DNA from: Myxococcota bacterium
GTDB lineage: Bacteria; Myxococcota_A; UBA9160; JAFDDA01
Assembly: GCA_965228475.1 (NCBI GenBank)
Contig: OZ245817.1
Location: forward strand, 3,264,001 to 3,328,000
DNA: 64,000 nt
Direction of reading: 5' to 3'
The notes under the pieces are model-generated. The model was not told the origin of the DNA, searched no databases, and worked only from the letters and a program-made list of their open reading frames with translations. The position numbers and the translations under genes were made by a program. Positions 19,146 through 29,063 of this stretch are shown here, piece after piece. How positions within the stretch are numbered: the first letter of the stretch is position 1; every line of letters starts with the position of its first letter.

Positions 19146-19875
19146 CCTCTTCACGATCCTCGCGTCGAGCCTCATTCTGCTCGGCGGTTCGGCCCAGGCC
19201 GCGCCGGTGGCGGGAAACATCATCGTCACGGTCTCGATCCAGGGCCTTGCGCCGATCTCGTTCTCGGGCGCGGGGGTGGTCTCGGTGAGCGGGAGCACGC
19301 TCTCGATCGCGGCGGGCGCCGTTTCGCTCCCGGCACCCATCGTCGTACCGGTGACGGCGACGACGGCGGTCACGTCGATCACGGCGATGACGGTCAGCAA
19401 CCAGGCCGGGACGTTCTCGGCAGGCGGGGTGACGGCCCAGGCCCCCTCCGAGCTCTGCGGCGCTGGCCCGGCGGCCGGGACCGCCTGCAACACGGGCGGC
19501 GGCATCGGGGGCGTGATGGGGCTCTCGGGCTTCATCAACGTCCACGTGATCCCGAACGTCGTGGTGATCCCCGTGGATCTGAACGCGGCGCTGCTCGGCC
19601 AGGGCGGCGCTACCGCTTCCCCGTTCACGATCGACGCGGCGGTCTTCAGCACGGGGGCCGGCGCCGTGAACACGGGCACGAACGTCCTGACCGCCGCCGG
19701 GAGCGGGGCGCCGATCACCCTGGTCTCACCGACCTTCGTCCTGGCCCTCGGCAACCTGCTCCCGATCTTCACGTCGCTCACGATCTCGGGCCTGCAGCCG
19801 ATCCCGGAGCCGAACGGCCTGCTGCTGATCCTGACGGCGCTCGCCGGAACCCTCGCAGCGACCCGACACCGCTAG
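19138..19875 (+). CDS. PEP-CTERM surface protein
   Basis: AAGGAG SD; signal peptide ending AQA; IPEP-hydrophobic-basic C-terminus. Confidence 0.88.
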   Translation: MRSLFTILASSLILLGGSAQAAPVAGNIIVTVSIQGLAPISFSGAGVVSVSGSTLSIAAGAVSLPAPIVVPVTATTAVTSITAMTVSNQAGTFSAGGVTAQAPSELCGAGPAAGTACNTGGGIGGVMGLSGFINVHVIPNVVVIPVDLNAALLGQGGATASPFTIDAAVFSTGAGAVNTGTNVLTAAGSGAPITLVSPTFVLALGNLLPIFTSLTISGLQPIPEPNGLLLILTALAGTLAATRHR

Positions 19876-20072
19876 GACGCGGGGTCCGCTCCGGACCGCG
19901 CGTTCCGCGGCGCACACGTTCAGCAGAGGGCCGCCGAGGCGCCACGTACGCCTCGCCTCGGTCCGCCGGGCGCAGGCCGAACGCGCGCCATGATACGGTG
20001 AACGCATCGGAGGGCCGTCTGCGCAGCGACCGCTGCCTGGGAAGGGGGCCACTCCCGACGAAGGAGTGCGAT

Positions 20073-20837
20073 ATGCGTAACCCGTTCATGGATCTGCGTA
20101 CGTTGTGTTCACTGCTGGCCGCGAGTTCTCTTCTCACAGGAGGAATGGCGCAGGCGGCACCCGTCGCGACGAACATCGTCATCACCGTCACGATCCAAGG
20201 CCTCGGACCGATCTCGTTCTCGAGCGCCGGCTCGGTTTCCGTGACCGGGAGCAGCGTCTCGATCGCGGCCGGCGCCGTGTCCCTGCCCGCCCCGGTCGTC
20301 GTTCCCGTCACGGCGACGACGGCGGTAGCGTCGCTCACTGCCATGACGATCAGCAATCAAGCGGGGACGTTCTCGGTCGGTGGCGTCACGGCACAGGCTC
20401 CCACGGAGATCTGTGGCGGCGGGCCGGCCGCGGGGACCGCGTGCAACACCGGGGGCGGAGTCGGCGGCGCCATGGGCGTCTCGGGCACCATCAACGTCCA
20501 CATCATTCCGAACATCACCGTGATCCCCGTCGATCTCAACCTCGCCCTGCTCGGCCAGGGAGGCGCAACGAGCGTGCCGTTCACGATCGACGCCGCGTTG
20601 TTCAGCACGGGCGCGGGGCTGGTGAACACCGGAGCGAACATCGCGAGCACCGCGGGCAGCCCGGGCCCGCTCACCCTGGTCACGCCGACGTTCCTGCAGG
20701 CCCTGGGGAACGTGCTGCCGATCTTCACGTCGATCACGTTCACCAACGTGTCCCTGCCCGTACCGGAGCCGAGCCCCTGGCTCCTCATCGGCGCCGGCGC
20801 CCTGGGCATCGCCTTCTTCGGACTTCGGCGGTCCTAG
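20073..20837 (+). CDS. PEP-CTERM surface protein, paralog of 19138-19875
   Basis: AAGGAG SD; signal peptide; colinear with the upstream gene; VPEP..LRRS tail. Confidence 0.88.
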   Translation: MRNPFMDLRTLCSLLAASSLLTGGMAQAAPVATNIVITVTIQGLGPISFSSAGSVSVTGSSVSIAAGAVSLPAPVVVPVTATTAVASLTAMTISNQAGTFSVGGVTAQAPTEICGGGPAAGTACNTGGGVGGAMGVSGTINVHIIPNITVIPVDLNLALLGQGGATSVPFTIDAALFSTGAGLVNTGANIASTAGSPGPLTLVTPTFLQALGNVLPIFTSITFTNVSLPVPEPSPWLLIGAGALGIAFFGLRRS

Positions 20838-20928
20838 GTCGGCGAGGCGTCTCGTCGAGTCGCTGTCGGGGAGCGCTCGCTCCCCGACAGCCTGGACGCC
20901 GGGGCCGCAGTGGTTAGGCTGCTCGCGT

Positions 20929-21840
20929 ATGAGCGAACCCATCGTCCTCTCTGGCGGCACTGGCCTGATCGGCGGAGCGCTGCTGCGGCGGCGTAGCGAG
21001 CGCGGCGAGGGCACGCGCGCGCTCGTGCGGCGGGCGGGGAAGCTCGCGGGCATTCCACACGTCGAAGAAGTCGAGTGGGACGGCGTCCGGCCGCCGGCCG
21101 GTGCGCTCTCGGGCGCGCGGGGCGTGGTCCACCTCTCCGGGGAGCCGGTCTTCGGCGGGATCCCGACGGCCGCGCGGAAGAAGCGGCTCTACGACAGCCG
21201 GATCGATTCCACGAAGGCGCTGGTCGCCGCCATGGCTGCCGAGCCGCCCGAGCAGCGGCCCGCGTTCTTCGTGTGCGCCTCCGCCGTCGGCTACTACGGC
21301 GATCGGGGCGACGAGGTCCTCGACGAAGCGGCGGCGCCCGGCGAAGGGCTCCTGGCCGACCTCTGCGTCGACTGGGAAGCCGCGGCCGCGGAGGCGGAAG
21401 GCCTCGGCGTGCGCGTCTGTTCGGTCCGGATCGGCATCGTGCTCGCCGGCGCGGGCGGCGCCCTCCCCTTGATGGCCCAGCCCTTCCGCTTCGGCCTCGG
21501 CGGAAAGCTCGGGAGCGGCAAGCAGTGGTTCCCGTGGATCCACCAGGACGACGTGGTCGGCATCCTCGAGGGCGCCATCGCCGGCGAGGACTGGCGCGGC
21601 TCGGTGAATGCCGTGGCGCCGGAGTCGGTGCGCAACGAGGAGCTGACGAAGACCCTCGGCCGCGTGCTCGGCCGGCCGACGTTCATGGCGGTGCCGGGCT
21701 TCGCCGTGAAGGCCGCGCTCGGCGAACTCTCGGCGGAGCTGCTCGGGAGCCGGCGGGTCGAGCCGAAGCGGGCGAAGGCCCTCGGCTACGCGTTCGCGGT
21801 GCCCGGCCTCGAAGAGGCCCTTCGCCGCGAACTCGCCTAG
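20929..21840 (+). CDS. TIGR01777-family NAD-dependent epimerase (YfcH-like)
   Basis: SGGTGLIG, VHLSGEP, ASAVGYYG, WE, GLGGKLGSGKQWFPWIH. Confidence 0.93.
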   Translation: MSEPIVLSGGTGLIGGALLRRRSERGEGTRALVRRAGKLAGIPHVEEVEWDGVRPPAGALSGARGVVHLSGEPVFGGIPTAARKKRLYDSRIDSTKALVAAMAAEPPEQRPAFFVCASAVGYYGDRGDEVLDEAAAPGEGLLADLCVDWEAAAAEAEGLGVRVCSVRIGIVLAGAGGALPLMAQPFRFGLGGKLGSGKQWFPWIHQDDVVGILEGAIAGEDWRGSVNAVAPESVRNEELTKTLGRVLGRPTFMAVPGFAVKAALGELSAELLGSRRVEPKRAKALGYAFAVPGLEEALRRELA

Positions 21841-22669
21841 CGGCGCCGGCGCCGGAGCAGGCCCGCGCCGGCGAGCCCCGCCATCGCGAACGCCGCCGGC
21901 GACGGCTCGGGCACGAGCTCGAACCCGTAGATCAGCGCAAGCTCCTCCTGCACGACGGTGATCTCGTCGGGCGAGAGCGCGCGCTCGTAGACGAGCACCT
22001 CGGCGAGATCGCCGTGGAAGAAGTAGCTGCTACCGAAGGCGCGGAAGTTCCCGAGGGTCGTGCCGGCGTTCGAGAGCAAGGGTGCGGTGCTCGTATCCGT
22101 CGCCACCTGCTCGCCGTTGTGGAAGATCCCGCGTCCGGCGGCCTGATCGAAGACGAAGCCGTCGAGGGAAGCGATCGGCGCCTCGTCACCGATCTCGACG
22201 ACCGCGTCGAGGTCGTTGCTGAAGTGGGCCTGGCGGAGCCGGCGCGAGCTCTGGTAGCCGAGCACGAGGTTCTGGTGTTCGTCGCCCGGGTCTCGCCCGC
22301 GAGGTAGAAGTTCGCGAGCTCCACGCCCTGGCGCGTGTTCACGACGAAGACGGTGTAGTCCGAGCCGGCGAGAAAGGCGAGGTCGAGCTCGAGGGCATTC
22401 GCGTTGGCGAAGTGCACGCTCGCCCGTCCGCCGAGCAGCGGGTTCGCCGCATCGTAGGTCGGTGCGAGCTCGCCGTAGGCGTTCGCCGGGTCGTGGCGGG
22501 CGTCGATGCCATTCCCGATGCGGTTCGTCCAGACCTCGACGTCCTGCCCTTCCGCGAGGGCGAGGTCCGAGGCGCGGAGCCAGACCGCGAGCCCGTCCGT
22601 GACGGGCACCGCCGCGGCCGGGCCGGCGGCGAGGAAGAATCCGAGGGCGAGCAGGCAGCGCATCCACAT
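21837..22669 (-). pseudogene. PEP-CTERM protein with LamG/concanavalin-like domain, frameshifted near 22275-22290
   Basis: Signal peptide + GLAVWLRASD in one frame; GDLAEVLVYERALS..VPEP..RRRRR in another; frames switch at GAGACCCGGGCGACGAACACCAG. Confidence 0.8.
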
Positions 22670-22855
22670 CGTGGGCTCCGGAGCGTTCGTTCCGCGCCGG
22701 GAAGCCCACGCACGCGGCGCCCCCACGGCGTCGCGGCCACTTCCCAGGGCAGAACCCTTGCCCCCGAGTTACACGCGAATGAGAACACTTGCAATCAAAA
22801 GGAGAGCGATCGTCCCGATCTATCTGCGAAACCGGATCACAAATGCTTGAATTAG

Positions 22856-22910
22856 TTTGATATTTTATTTTTCTCTTCGGTCGTTTCAGTGAGATCTTTT
22901 GATATCAAAA
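22856..22910. promoter_or_regulatory. AT-rich divergent promoter region with palindrome TTTTGATATCAAAA
   Basis: 14-bp perfect palindrome at 22897-22910 and a half-copy TTTGATAT at 22856-22863. Confidence 0.55.
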
Positions 22911-22957
22911 TCACCCCGGCAGCGATCCTGATACGATGCGGGCCTCTGGAGGTCCCG

Positions 22958-23659
22958 ATGTTCCGTCCGCTGCTCGCCGTCCTGCTCCTGCTGCTCGCCA
23001 CCCCCCTCGCCCGCGCCGACAACGGGCGCCTCGAGATCAACCAGGCCTGCGCCACCGGCGCCGGCTGCTTCGCGGGCGACAACCCCGGGCTCCCCGTCTC
23101 GATCTCGACTTCGGGCAGCTACGTCCTGACGAGCGACATCGACCAGCCGACGGCGAACCAGGCGGTCATCGTCGTCAGCGCCGACGCCGTGGATCTCGAC
23201 CTCAACGGCTTCACCGTCGGCTACTGCCTGAATGCGTTTTGCATTCGATCGACGGCCGGTGCGGGAATCAGCGGCTCCGGCGCGGACGACGTGCGCGTCC
23301 GCAACGGCCGGGTCGTGAGCATGGGCTCTCACGGCATCGCCCTCGGCGAGCGCGCCCGTGTGACGGACGTCCATGCGACGAACAACGGCTTCGACGGGAT
23401 CCGCCTCGACGGCGACAGCCTGGTCGATCGCTGCACCGTCGCCAACAACGGCGACAACGGGGTCCACCTCCAGGGCGGAAACAGCATGCTGCTGAACAGC
23501 ATCGTCGTCGACAACGCGGATTGGGGCCTGATCGGCCTGAACATCACCCTCTATCGGGGCAACGTCTTCCGCGGGAACAACGACGGCCTGGAGCAGCAGG
23601 TCAGCCAGGCCAACGACGGCGGCGGGAACTACTGCGGCTCCTCGTCGGCCTGCCCGTGA
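22958..23659 (+). CDS. Secreted right-handed beta-helix protein
   Basis: GGAGG SD; signal peptide; EINQAC..GCF.GD.PG.PV.I..SGSY.LTSD, DLDLNGF, repeated NNGxxG(I/V). Confidence 0.8.
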   Translation: MFRPLLAVLLLLLATPLARADNGRLEINQACATGAGCFAGDNPGLPVSISTSGSYVLTSDIDQPTANQAVIVVSADAVDLDLNGFTVGYCLNAFCIRSTAGAGISGSGADDVRVRNGRVVSMGSHGIALGERARVTDVHATNNGFDGIRLDGDSLVDRCTVANNGDNGVHLQGGNSMLLNSIVVDNADWGLIGLNITLYRGNVFRGNNDGLEQQVSQANDGGGNYCGSSSACP

Positions 23660-23663
23660 GGCG

Positions 23664-25013
23664 CTAGCGCCCCCGCCGCAGCCGCTGCACGTCGACGAAG
23701 CGCCGCAGGTCGCCCTTCTTGGGCATGGTCCCGTGGGAATCCCAGAAGTCGAGGCGGTTGCCCGTGCCGGTCTGCACGTTGGCGATGGATTCGGAGACGA
23801 CGCGCAGGTCCCGCGGCGCATCGACGCCCTTCCACGCCGGGTACCAATCGCGCGCCTTGATCTCTCCGAGGTCGTCCTCGCTCCAGCGGTGGTTGTGCAG
23901 GATGATCTTCCAGAGGGAGCCGGAGCGGTCCCAGGCGAACGAGTAGAGCGGGCTCATCGTCTGGCGATCGAGCCAGATCTCCTTCTTCTGGTACGGATGC
24001 ATCTCGTCCTTCGGGACCATCTCGATGCGCACCGCGTCGCGGACCTCCCACCGATCGCTCGCGTAGGAGAAGCCGCGCGGGCCGTAGTTGCCCTTCTCCT
24101 CGCCGGGGGCGAGGTACGGGAAGCCGAGCTTCACGGTGTTGGTCGGCGCGAGCACCGGCTGCTCGCCGAGACACTTCCACTTGTACTGCGCGGGCAGGCC
24201 CGAGAAGGAGAAGAGGTCGTCGAAGCTGAAGTCCGTGCCGGCGACGGCGGCGCTCCGCTGGGTTTCGGAGACCTTGCGGATGCGGCGCAGGTCGCGCAGG
24301 TAGACCCAGGTTTCCTCGGGCTTGGCCGTCGCGCGCGGGCCGAGCGATTTGGCGTAGCGGTTGGTCAGCGTGCGCGTGCCTTCGGCCTCCTTGGGCCGAT
24401 CCACCTCGAAGCCGATCACGACGAAGCGCGTCTCGGAGGGAAAGACGTCGCCCTCCGACGCCGCGAACTGCGGCTCGGGGCGGTGCTTCAGGTAGTAGGC
24501 GGAGGTCCGGCCCTGGTAGTCGAGGGGGAGCTGCTCGCCGCGGTCCCAGTAGGTGTACCGGAAGCTCGCCCGGGCCCCGAAGCCCTGCCAGCGGTAGTTG
24601 AAGTTCCAGATGATCTTGGTGCCGGCCTCGGGGTCGTTCTGGCAGTCGATCCCGTCCATCGGGAAGGGCCGGCCGGCGACGTAGCCGTCGAGCGAGCCGT
24701 CGAGGCCGATCCGGGCCTTGCCGGCGTTCGCGCGGGTCGCGGCCTGGTAGACCTCGGCCGGGGAGTAGTCGCGCCGCGCCGGGCCGATCGTCATCTCCAT
24801 GCCGTCGTAGAAGTAGATGTCCCGGTGCGCCCAGAACTCCTTGGGAAGCCACGGCTTGAGCTGCTTCGTCCCGGCGCGGTCGACCTTGGCCCCTTCCGGA
24901 AAGGGGAACTCGGCAGCCGAGGCTCCGAAGGCGAGCCACGCCAGGGAGGCGACGGTCAGAAAACGGGCGGAACGGAGCACGGAGCCGAAGCGCGGGAAAT
25001 GGGGTGCAAGCAT
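23664..25013 (-). CDS. DUF1329-family secreted protein
   Basis: GRPFP..DPEAGTKIIWNF, WVYLRDLRRIRKVS, GTDFSFDD, HPYQKKEIWLD, WDRSGSLWK; start uncertain. Confidence 0.8.
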   Translation of the reverse strand: MLAPHFPRFGSVLRSARFLTVASLAWLAFGASAAEFPFPEGAKVDRAGTKQLKPWLPKEFWAHRDIYFYDGMEMTIGPARRDYSPAEVYQAATRANAGKARIGLDGSLDGYVAGRPFPMDGIDCQNDPEAGTKIIWNFNYRWQGFGARASFRYTYWDRGEQLPLDYQGRTSAYYLKHRPEPQFAASEGDVFPSETRFVVIGFEVDRPKEAEGTRTLTNRYAKSLGPRATAKPEETWVYLRDLRRIRKVSETQRSAAVAGTDFSFDDLFSFSGLPAQYKWKCLGEQPVLAPTNTVKLGFPYLAPGEEKGNYGPRGFSYASDRWEVRDAVRIEMVPKDEMHPYQKKEIWLDRQTMSPLYSFAWDRSGSLWKIILHNHRWSEDDLGEIKARDWYPAWKGVDAPRDLRVVSESIANVQTGTGNRLDFWDSHGTMPKKGDLRRFVDVQRLRRGR

Positions 25014-25145
25014 CAAGGGCTTTCGACGTCCGGTGGGGGCGGCGGGTTTCGCGAGCAGGCGGAGCATACCCCGTGGACGCGGCATCGCCCTCGAAAATTC
25101 AATGGTTCCGGTGGCTTCAGGGCGCCGGCGCGCCCCGCGGGCGCG

Positions 25146-25571
25146 CTAGCGGCGCGGCGGGAAGGCGTCGAGCAGGACGTCGCGAAGCTGCGGCGGACGC
25201 GGGCCGGCGGGCACCTCGGCGAAGCCGAGCTCGACCGGCGGCGGCTCGGGCAGCGCGACCTCGTTCGCGAAGGATTCGAGCAGCCGCATGACCACGGTGT
25301 GGGCGCGGTCCGTATCGACGTCGGCGAGGAAGAGGACCGAGCGCTCGCGGGTCATGCGGAAGATCGCGTCCTCCATGCGCAGGGCGCTCTCGACGTAGTC
25401 CATGAACTCGGAGATCTGGGGGTCGCCGTCGCGTCCGGCGACGCCGACCACGATGGTCGCCAGGCCGTGCTCGGTGGCGGTCGCGGTGGCGCGGTCCATC
25501 AACTCGCGCAGGCGGCGGGGGTCGGACTTGGCGGCAGCTTCTCGGCGGGCTTCGGCGGTCGGCGTCATCAC
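25146..25571 (-). CDS. Small stand-alone degenerate GGDEF-like protein
   Basis: SALRMEDAIFRMTRERSVLFLADVD..A..VV.RL..VELGFA pattern; GGDEF replaced by TRERS. Confidence 0.5.
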   Translation of the reverse strand: MMTPTAEARREAAAKSDPRRLRELMDRATATATEHGLATIVVGVAGRDGDPQISEFMDYVESALRMEDAIFRMTRERSVLFLADVDTDRAHTVVMRLLESFANEVALPEPPPVELGFAEVPAGPRPPQLRDVLLDAFPPRR

Positions 25572-25686
25572 CCCTCCGGTTTCGGCGGAACGGCCCGGGC
25601 GCTGAAGATCGGCGGCCGGGAGGGCCGCGCCCCCGGAGCCTAACCCGTCACCGGCCTGCTAGGTTGCGCGGCCGGAGGAAACCGCC

Positions 25687-26592
25687 ATTTCGACCTCGGA
25701 CGCCTCACAGCGGGAGAAGGCCCGCCGCCTGGCCCACGGCTTCGGCGCCCTGCTCGCCACCACGGTCGGGCTCATGACCCTGGGCGCCCTGGTCCGGGCC
25801 CACGAGGCGGGTCTGGCCTGCCCGGATTGGCCCCTGTGTTTCGGGGAGGTCATCCCGGAGTTCGACCTCAAGGTGGCTTTCGAGTGGAGCCACCGGGCCC
25901 TGGCCGGCGCGATCAGCCTGGTCTTCGCGGGCCTGGCCGTCGCCACCCTCCGGCACCCGGGCCTCGGGCCGGCGCTGCGCGGGCACCTGATCGTGGCCGC
26001 CGTGCTGCTCGGCGTGCAGATCCTCCTCGGCGCGCTCACGGTCTGGGAGCTCCTGGCGGCCTGGACCGTGACGTCCCACCTGATGACGGGCAGCGCCTTC
26101 GCCGTCGCCCTGCTCTTCACGGCGCTCCGGCTCCGCGAGCTCTCCCGGGAGGAACCGGCCGGCCGCCCCGCGCCGACCGCCGGCGAGCGCGCGGTGATCA
26201 CGGCGACGGCGGCCCTGCTCGTCCTCCAGATCGCGATCGGCGGTCTCGTTTCCTCCACCTTCGCGGGCCTGGCCTGCCCCGAGTGGCCGACCTGCAACGG
26301 CGGCCAGTGGTTCCCCTCCTGGGCCGGCTCGGTCGGCCTCCACCTCATCCACCGCACGAACGGCTACCTGGTCCTGGGCATGCTCGCGGCAAGCTTCGCC
26401 GTCGCGCGGCGGACGACCGGCCTCCGCGGGCTCACCGCCGCCGCGGCCGCGATCGGGCTCGTGCAGGTGCTGGTCGGGATCAGCAACGTCGTGCTCGCCC
26501 TGCCCGTCGAGGTGACGGGGCTCCATTCGTTCCTGGCCGCGGTGCTCCTGCTCACGACGGCGGCCGCCACGCGCGCCGCCTGGCGCCGCTAG
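25687..26592 (+). CDS. ctaA: Heme A synthase COX15/CtaA (probable ATT start)
   Basis: GLACPDWPLC, EWSHR, second repeat GLACPEWPTC..HLIHR; GGAGGA SD 7 nt before ATT 25687. Confidence 0.9.
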   Translation: MSTSDASQREKARRLAHGFGALLATTVGLMTLGALVRAHEAGLACPDWPLCFGEVIPEFDLKVAFEWSHRALAGAISLVFAGLAVATLRHPGLGPALRGHLIVAAVLLGVQILLGALTVWELLAAWTVTSHLMTGSAFAVALLFTALRLRELSREEPAGRPAPTAGERAVITATAALLVLQIAIGGLVSSTFAGLACPEWPTCNGGQWFPSWAGSVGLHLIHRTNGYLVLGMLAASFAVARRTTGLRGLTAAAAAIGLVQVLVGISNVVLALPVEVTGLHSFLAAVLLLTTAAATRAAWRR

Positions 26593-26673
26593 CCCACCCC
26601 GCCACGGCCGTGGCCGCGGGCACGCGCGCCAAGCGCGGCGGAGGGTGCTACCCACTTCCGCCGAGGAGAGACC

Positions 26674-27156
26674 ATGCGCGCCTATCAAGTCTTCGCAGCC
26701 ATGCCGGCCGACGCCGCCGAGATGATCTTCAAGGCCCTCGCGGAGACCGCGCCCGGGGCCACGGCGTCCGCCATCGGCGTCGCCGCCGGCGCCATGAACG
26801 CGCGGCCCCAGTACCTGCGCAAGATGCCCGCCGACAAGCGCATCTCCGCCATGCGGCGCGGCCTCGCGCGCGTGAAGGCCAACGAGATCGCCGAGGAGAT
26901 CCTCGCGGTCTACTTCCTCGAGTGCCGCAAGGAGCTGCTCGGCGAATGGCTGGGCCTCCTGGGCCTCGAGCACGAGGACGGTGTGCTGAAGGACGACGCG
27001 CCGGAGTGCCCGCCGGCCGAGGACCTCGCGAAGGCCGTCAAGAGCTTCCGCGACGCCGGGGACGACCTCGACCGGGAGGTCCTGCTGCAGGCCTTCGCCG
27101 CCCAGACCTCGATCGACTGGCCCGAACTCGACGCGCTGATCACGCCCGAAGGCTGA
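26674..27156 (+). CDS. Hypothetical protein (160 aa)
   Basis: GAGGAG SD, natural composition and high-GC3 codon use. Confidence 0.75.
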   Translation: MRAYQVFAAMPADAAEMIFKALAETAPGATASAIGVAAGAMNARPQYLRKMPADKRISAMRRGLARVKANEIAEEILAVYFLECRKELLGEWLGLLGLEHEDGVLKDDAPECPPAEDLAKAVKSFRDAGDDLDREVLLQAFAAQTSIDWPELDALITPEG

Positions 27157-27856
27157 AGGACGCAGGGCCCTCCGGCGGCTCGTTCGTCAGGTAGGCATAC
27201 GCCATGGCGGCGAGTTCGCGCGCGAGGTCGTCGTCCGCGATGGGCGGGGCGTCCGGGTACTGCTCCGGGGTCTGCACGAAGGTGCGGAGCACCGTGCTGA
27301 GCGTCCCGAGCGCCACCAGCGCGGCGAGGCCGGCCTGCGGGTGCCGAACCTCCCCGGAGTCCATCACGATCCCGACCACGTACTGCATCGCCTCGCGACC
27401 GACCTGGTGGTGGGCCTCGCGCAGCAGCGCATCGTCGCGCTGGGCGAGCTGGAAGGCGCGGTAGAAACCGGGCCGCGCCCGCACCTCGGAGATGTAGACC
27501 GCGCTCATCCGGTAGAGGCTCTCGTAGAGCGTCTTGCCCGGCAGCACGCCGCCCTCGCGCAGCTCGGCGACCACGTCACGCATGCGCGCGTTGTGCTCCT
27601 TGTGCAGGTGGTGGAGGATCGCCTCCTTGGTCGGGAAGCGCGCGTAGACCGAGCTCAGGGAAACGCCGGCGCCGTCGGCGATCTCGCGCAGCGTCACGTC
27701 CCGGAACTCTTTGTGCTCGAGCAGGTCGCCGGCCACGGCGACGATGCGTTCGAGGGTCTTGCGGCTGCGCGCCTGCTTCGGCGCGCGCAGCTGCTCCCCC
27801 GGAGAGCGCGACGGCTCGCCCGGAAGGCGCGGCTTCTCCCGCGGTGCGTCGGACAT
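27140..27856 (-). CDS. TetR/AcrR family regulator
   Basis: PKQARSRKTLERIV..TLREIADGAGVSLSSVYARFPTKEAIL. Confidence 0.92.
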   Translation of the reverse strand: MSDAPREKPRLPGEPSRSPGEQLRAPKQARSRKTLERIVAVAGDLLEHKEFRDVTLREIADGAGVSLSSVYARFPTKEAILHHLHKEHNARMRDVVAELREGGVLPGKTLYESLYRMSAVYISEVRARPGFYRAFQLAQRDDALLREAHHQVGREAMQYVVGIVMDSGEVRHPQAGLAALVALGTLSTVLRTFVQTPEQYPDAPPIADDDLARELAAMAYAYLTNEPPEGPASFSLRA

Positions 27857-28018
27857 CGGATGCTCCGATGGAACCCTTGGGAAACTTGCGCCAGAAGGCG
27901 CGTGGCGCCAAGGAAGGCGCGAAAAGGCGGCCCTGAGCCGCACGCGAGCGGCGTGCGGCCCAGGACCGGAGCGTTGGTTCCCGTTCCCCGGGCGTACCCG
28001 GGCGGCCGGGAGGCGGCG

Positions 28019-28924
28019 CTAGCCCTGGAAGGCCTTCATCAGCGCCTGCATCTCGCCCGCGATCGAGTCCGGGATCGTGTAGTCGGCCGTGTCGCGGATG
28101 GCGTCGATGTTCGCCGCGATCTCCTCGACCGTGGCCGCCTCGCCCGGCGCCTTCACCCAGCCCGGGGTCATCCCGATGAAGATGCGCGCGTAGCGCCCGC
28201 CCGCGACGTCGTAGATCTCGTGGGTCTGCTCGCACTTCTCGCTCACGAGATAGACACTGAGCGGCGTCACGCACTCGGGGTCGAGCTTGTCGGCCATCGG
28301 CCCGAGCAGCTGCTCGGTGAGGCGCGTCTTCGCGATCGGCGCGATGACGTTGCTCTTGATGTTGTACTTCGCGCCTTCCTGGGCGAGCACGTTCGAGAGG
28401 CCGACGAGGCCCATCTTGGCGGCGCCGTAGTTGGTCTGGCCGAAGTTGCCGAAGATGCCCGCACCCGAGGCCGTGAAGAGCAGCCGGCCGTAGCCGTTCT
28501 CCTTCATGATGCGGAACGCGGGCTGGGAGACGTAGAAGGCGCCCTTCAGGTGGACGTCGATCACGATCTCGAGGTCCGCGGGCTCGAGCTTGACGAAGGT
28601 CTTGTCCCGCAGGATGCCGGCGTTGTTGATGACGATGTCGACCTTGCCGAAGTTGTCGACGGCGGTCTTGACGATCGCCTCGCCGCCTTCGGGCGTGGCC
28701 ACGGAGTCGTAGTTGGCGACGGCCTTGCCGCCGGCCTCGTTGATCGTCTTCACGACTTCGTCGGCCATGGCCGAGCCGCCGCCGGTGCCGTCGGACGAGC
28801 CGCCGAGGTCGTTCACGACCACGGAGCAGCCGCGCCGGCCGAGTTCGAGGGCGTAGGTCTTGCCGAGGCCGCCGCCGGCGCCGGTCACGATCGCGACGCG
28901 GTCGTCGAATCGAATGTCGGACAT
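28019..28924 (-). CDS. SDR oxidoreductase, (3R)-hydroxyacyl-CoA dehydrogenase / MFE-2 N-domain-like
   Basis: TGAGGGLG, VVVNDLGG, NNAGILRD, GNFGQTNYGAAK. Confidence 0.92.
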   Translation of the reverse strand: MSDIRFDDRVAIVTGAGGGLGKTYALELGRRGCSVVVNDLGGSSDGTGGGSAMADEVVKTINEAGGKAVANYDSVATPEGGEAIVKTAVDNFGKVDIVINNAGILRDKTFVKLEPADLEIVIDVHLKGAFYVSQPAFRIMKENGYGRLLFTASGAGIFGNFGQTNYGAAKMGLVGLSNVLAQEGAKYNIKSNVIAPIAKTRLTEQLLGPMADKLDPECVTPLSVYLVSEKCEQTHEIYDVAGGRYARIFIGMTPGWVKAPGEAATVEEIAANIDAIRDTADYTIPDSIAGEMQALMKAFQG

Positions 28925-29063
28925 GGAGATTCTCCTTTGATTCTCGCGGGGTTCGCGGATGTCAGGGGAGCCGCCCCGCGCGCGGCCGGCGGCAGCATAG
29001 CGCGCCGCCCGGGCAGACTGACCCGAAAATCAACCCGCCCGGGGCCCCGGCCGGGAGCCGGAT

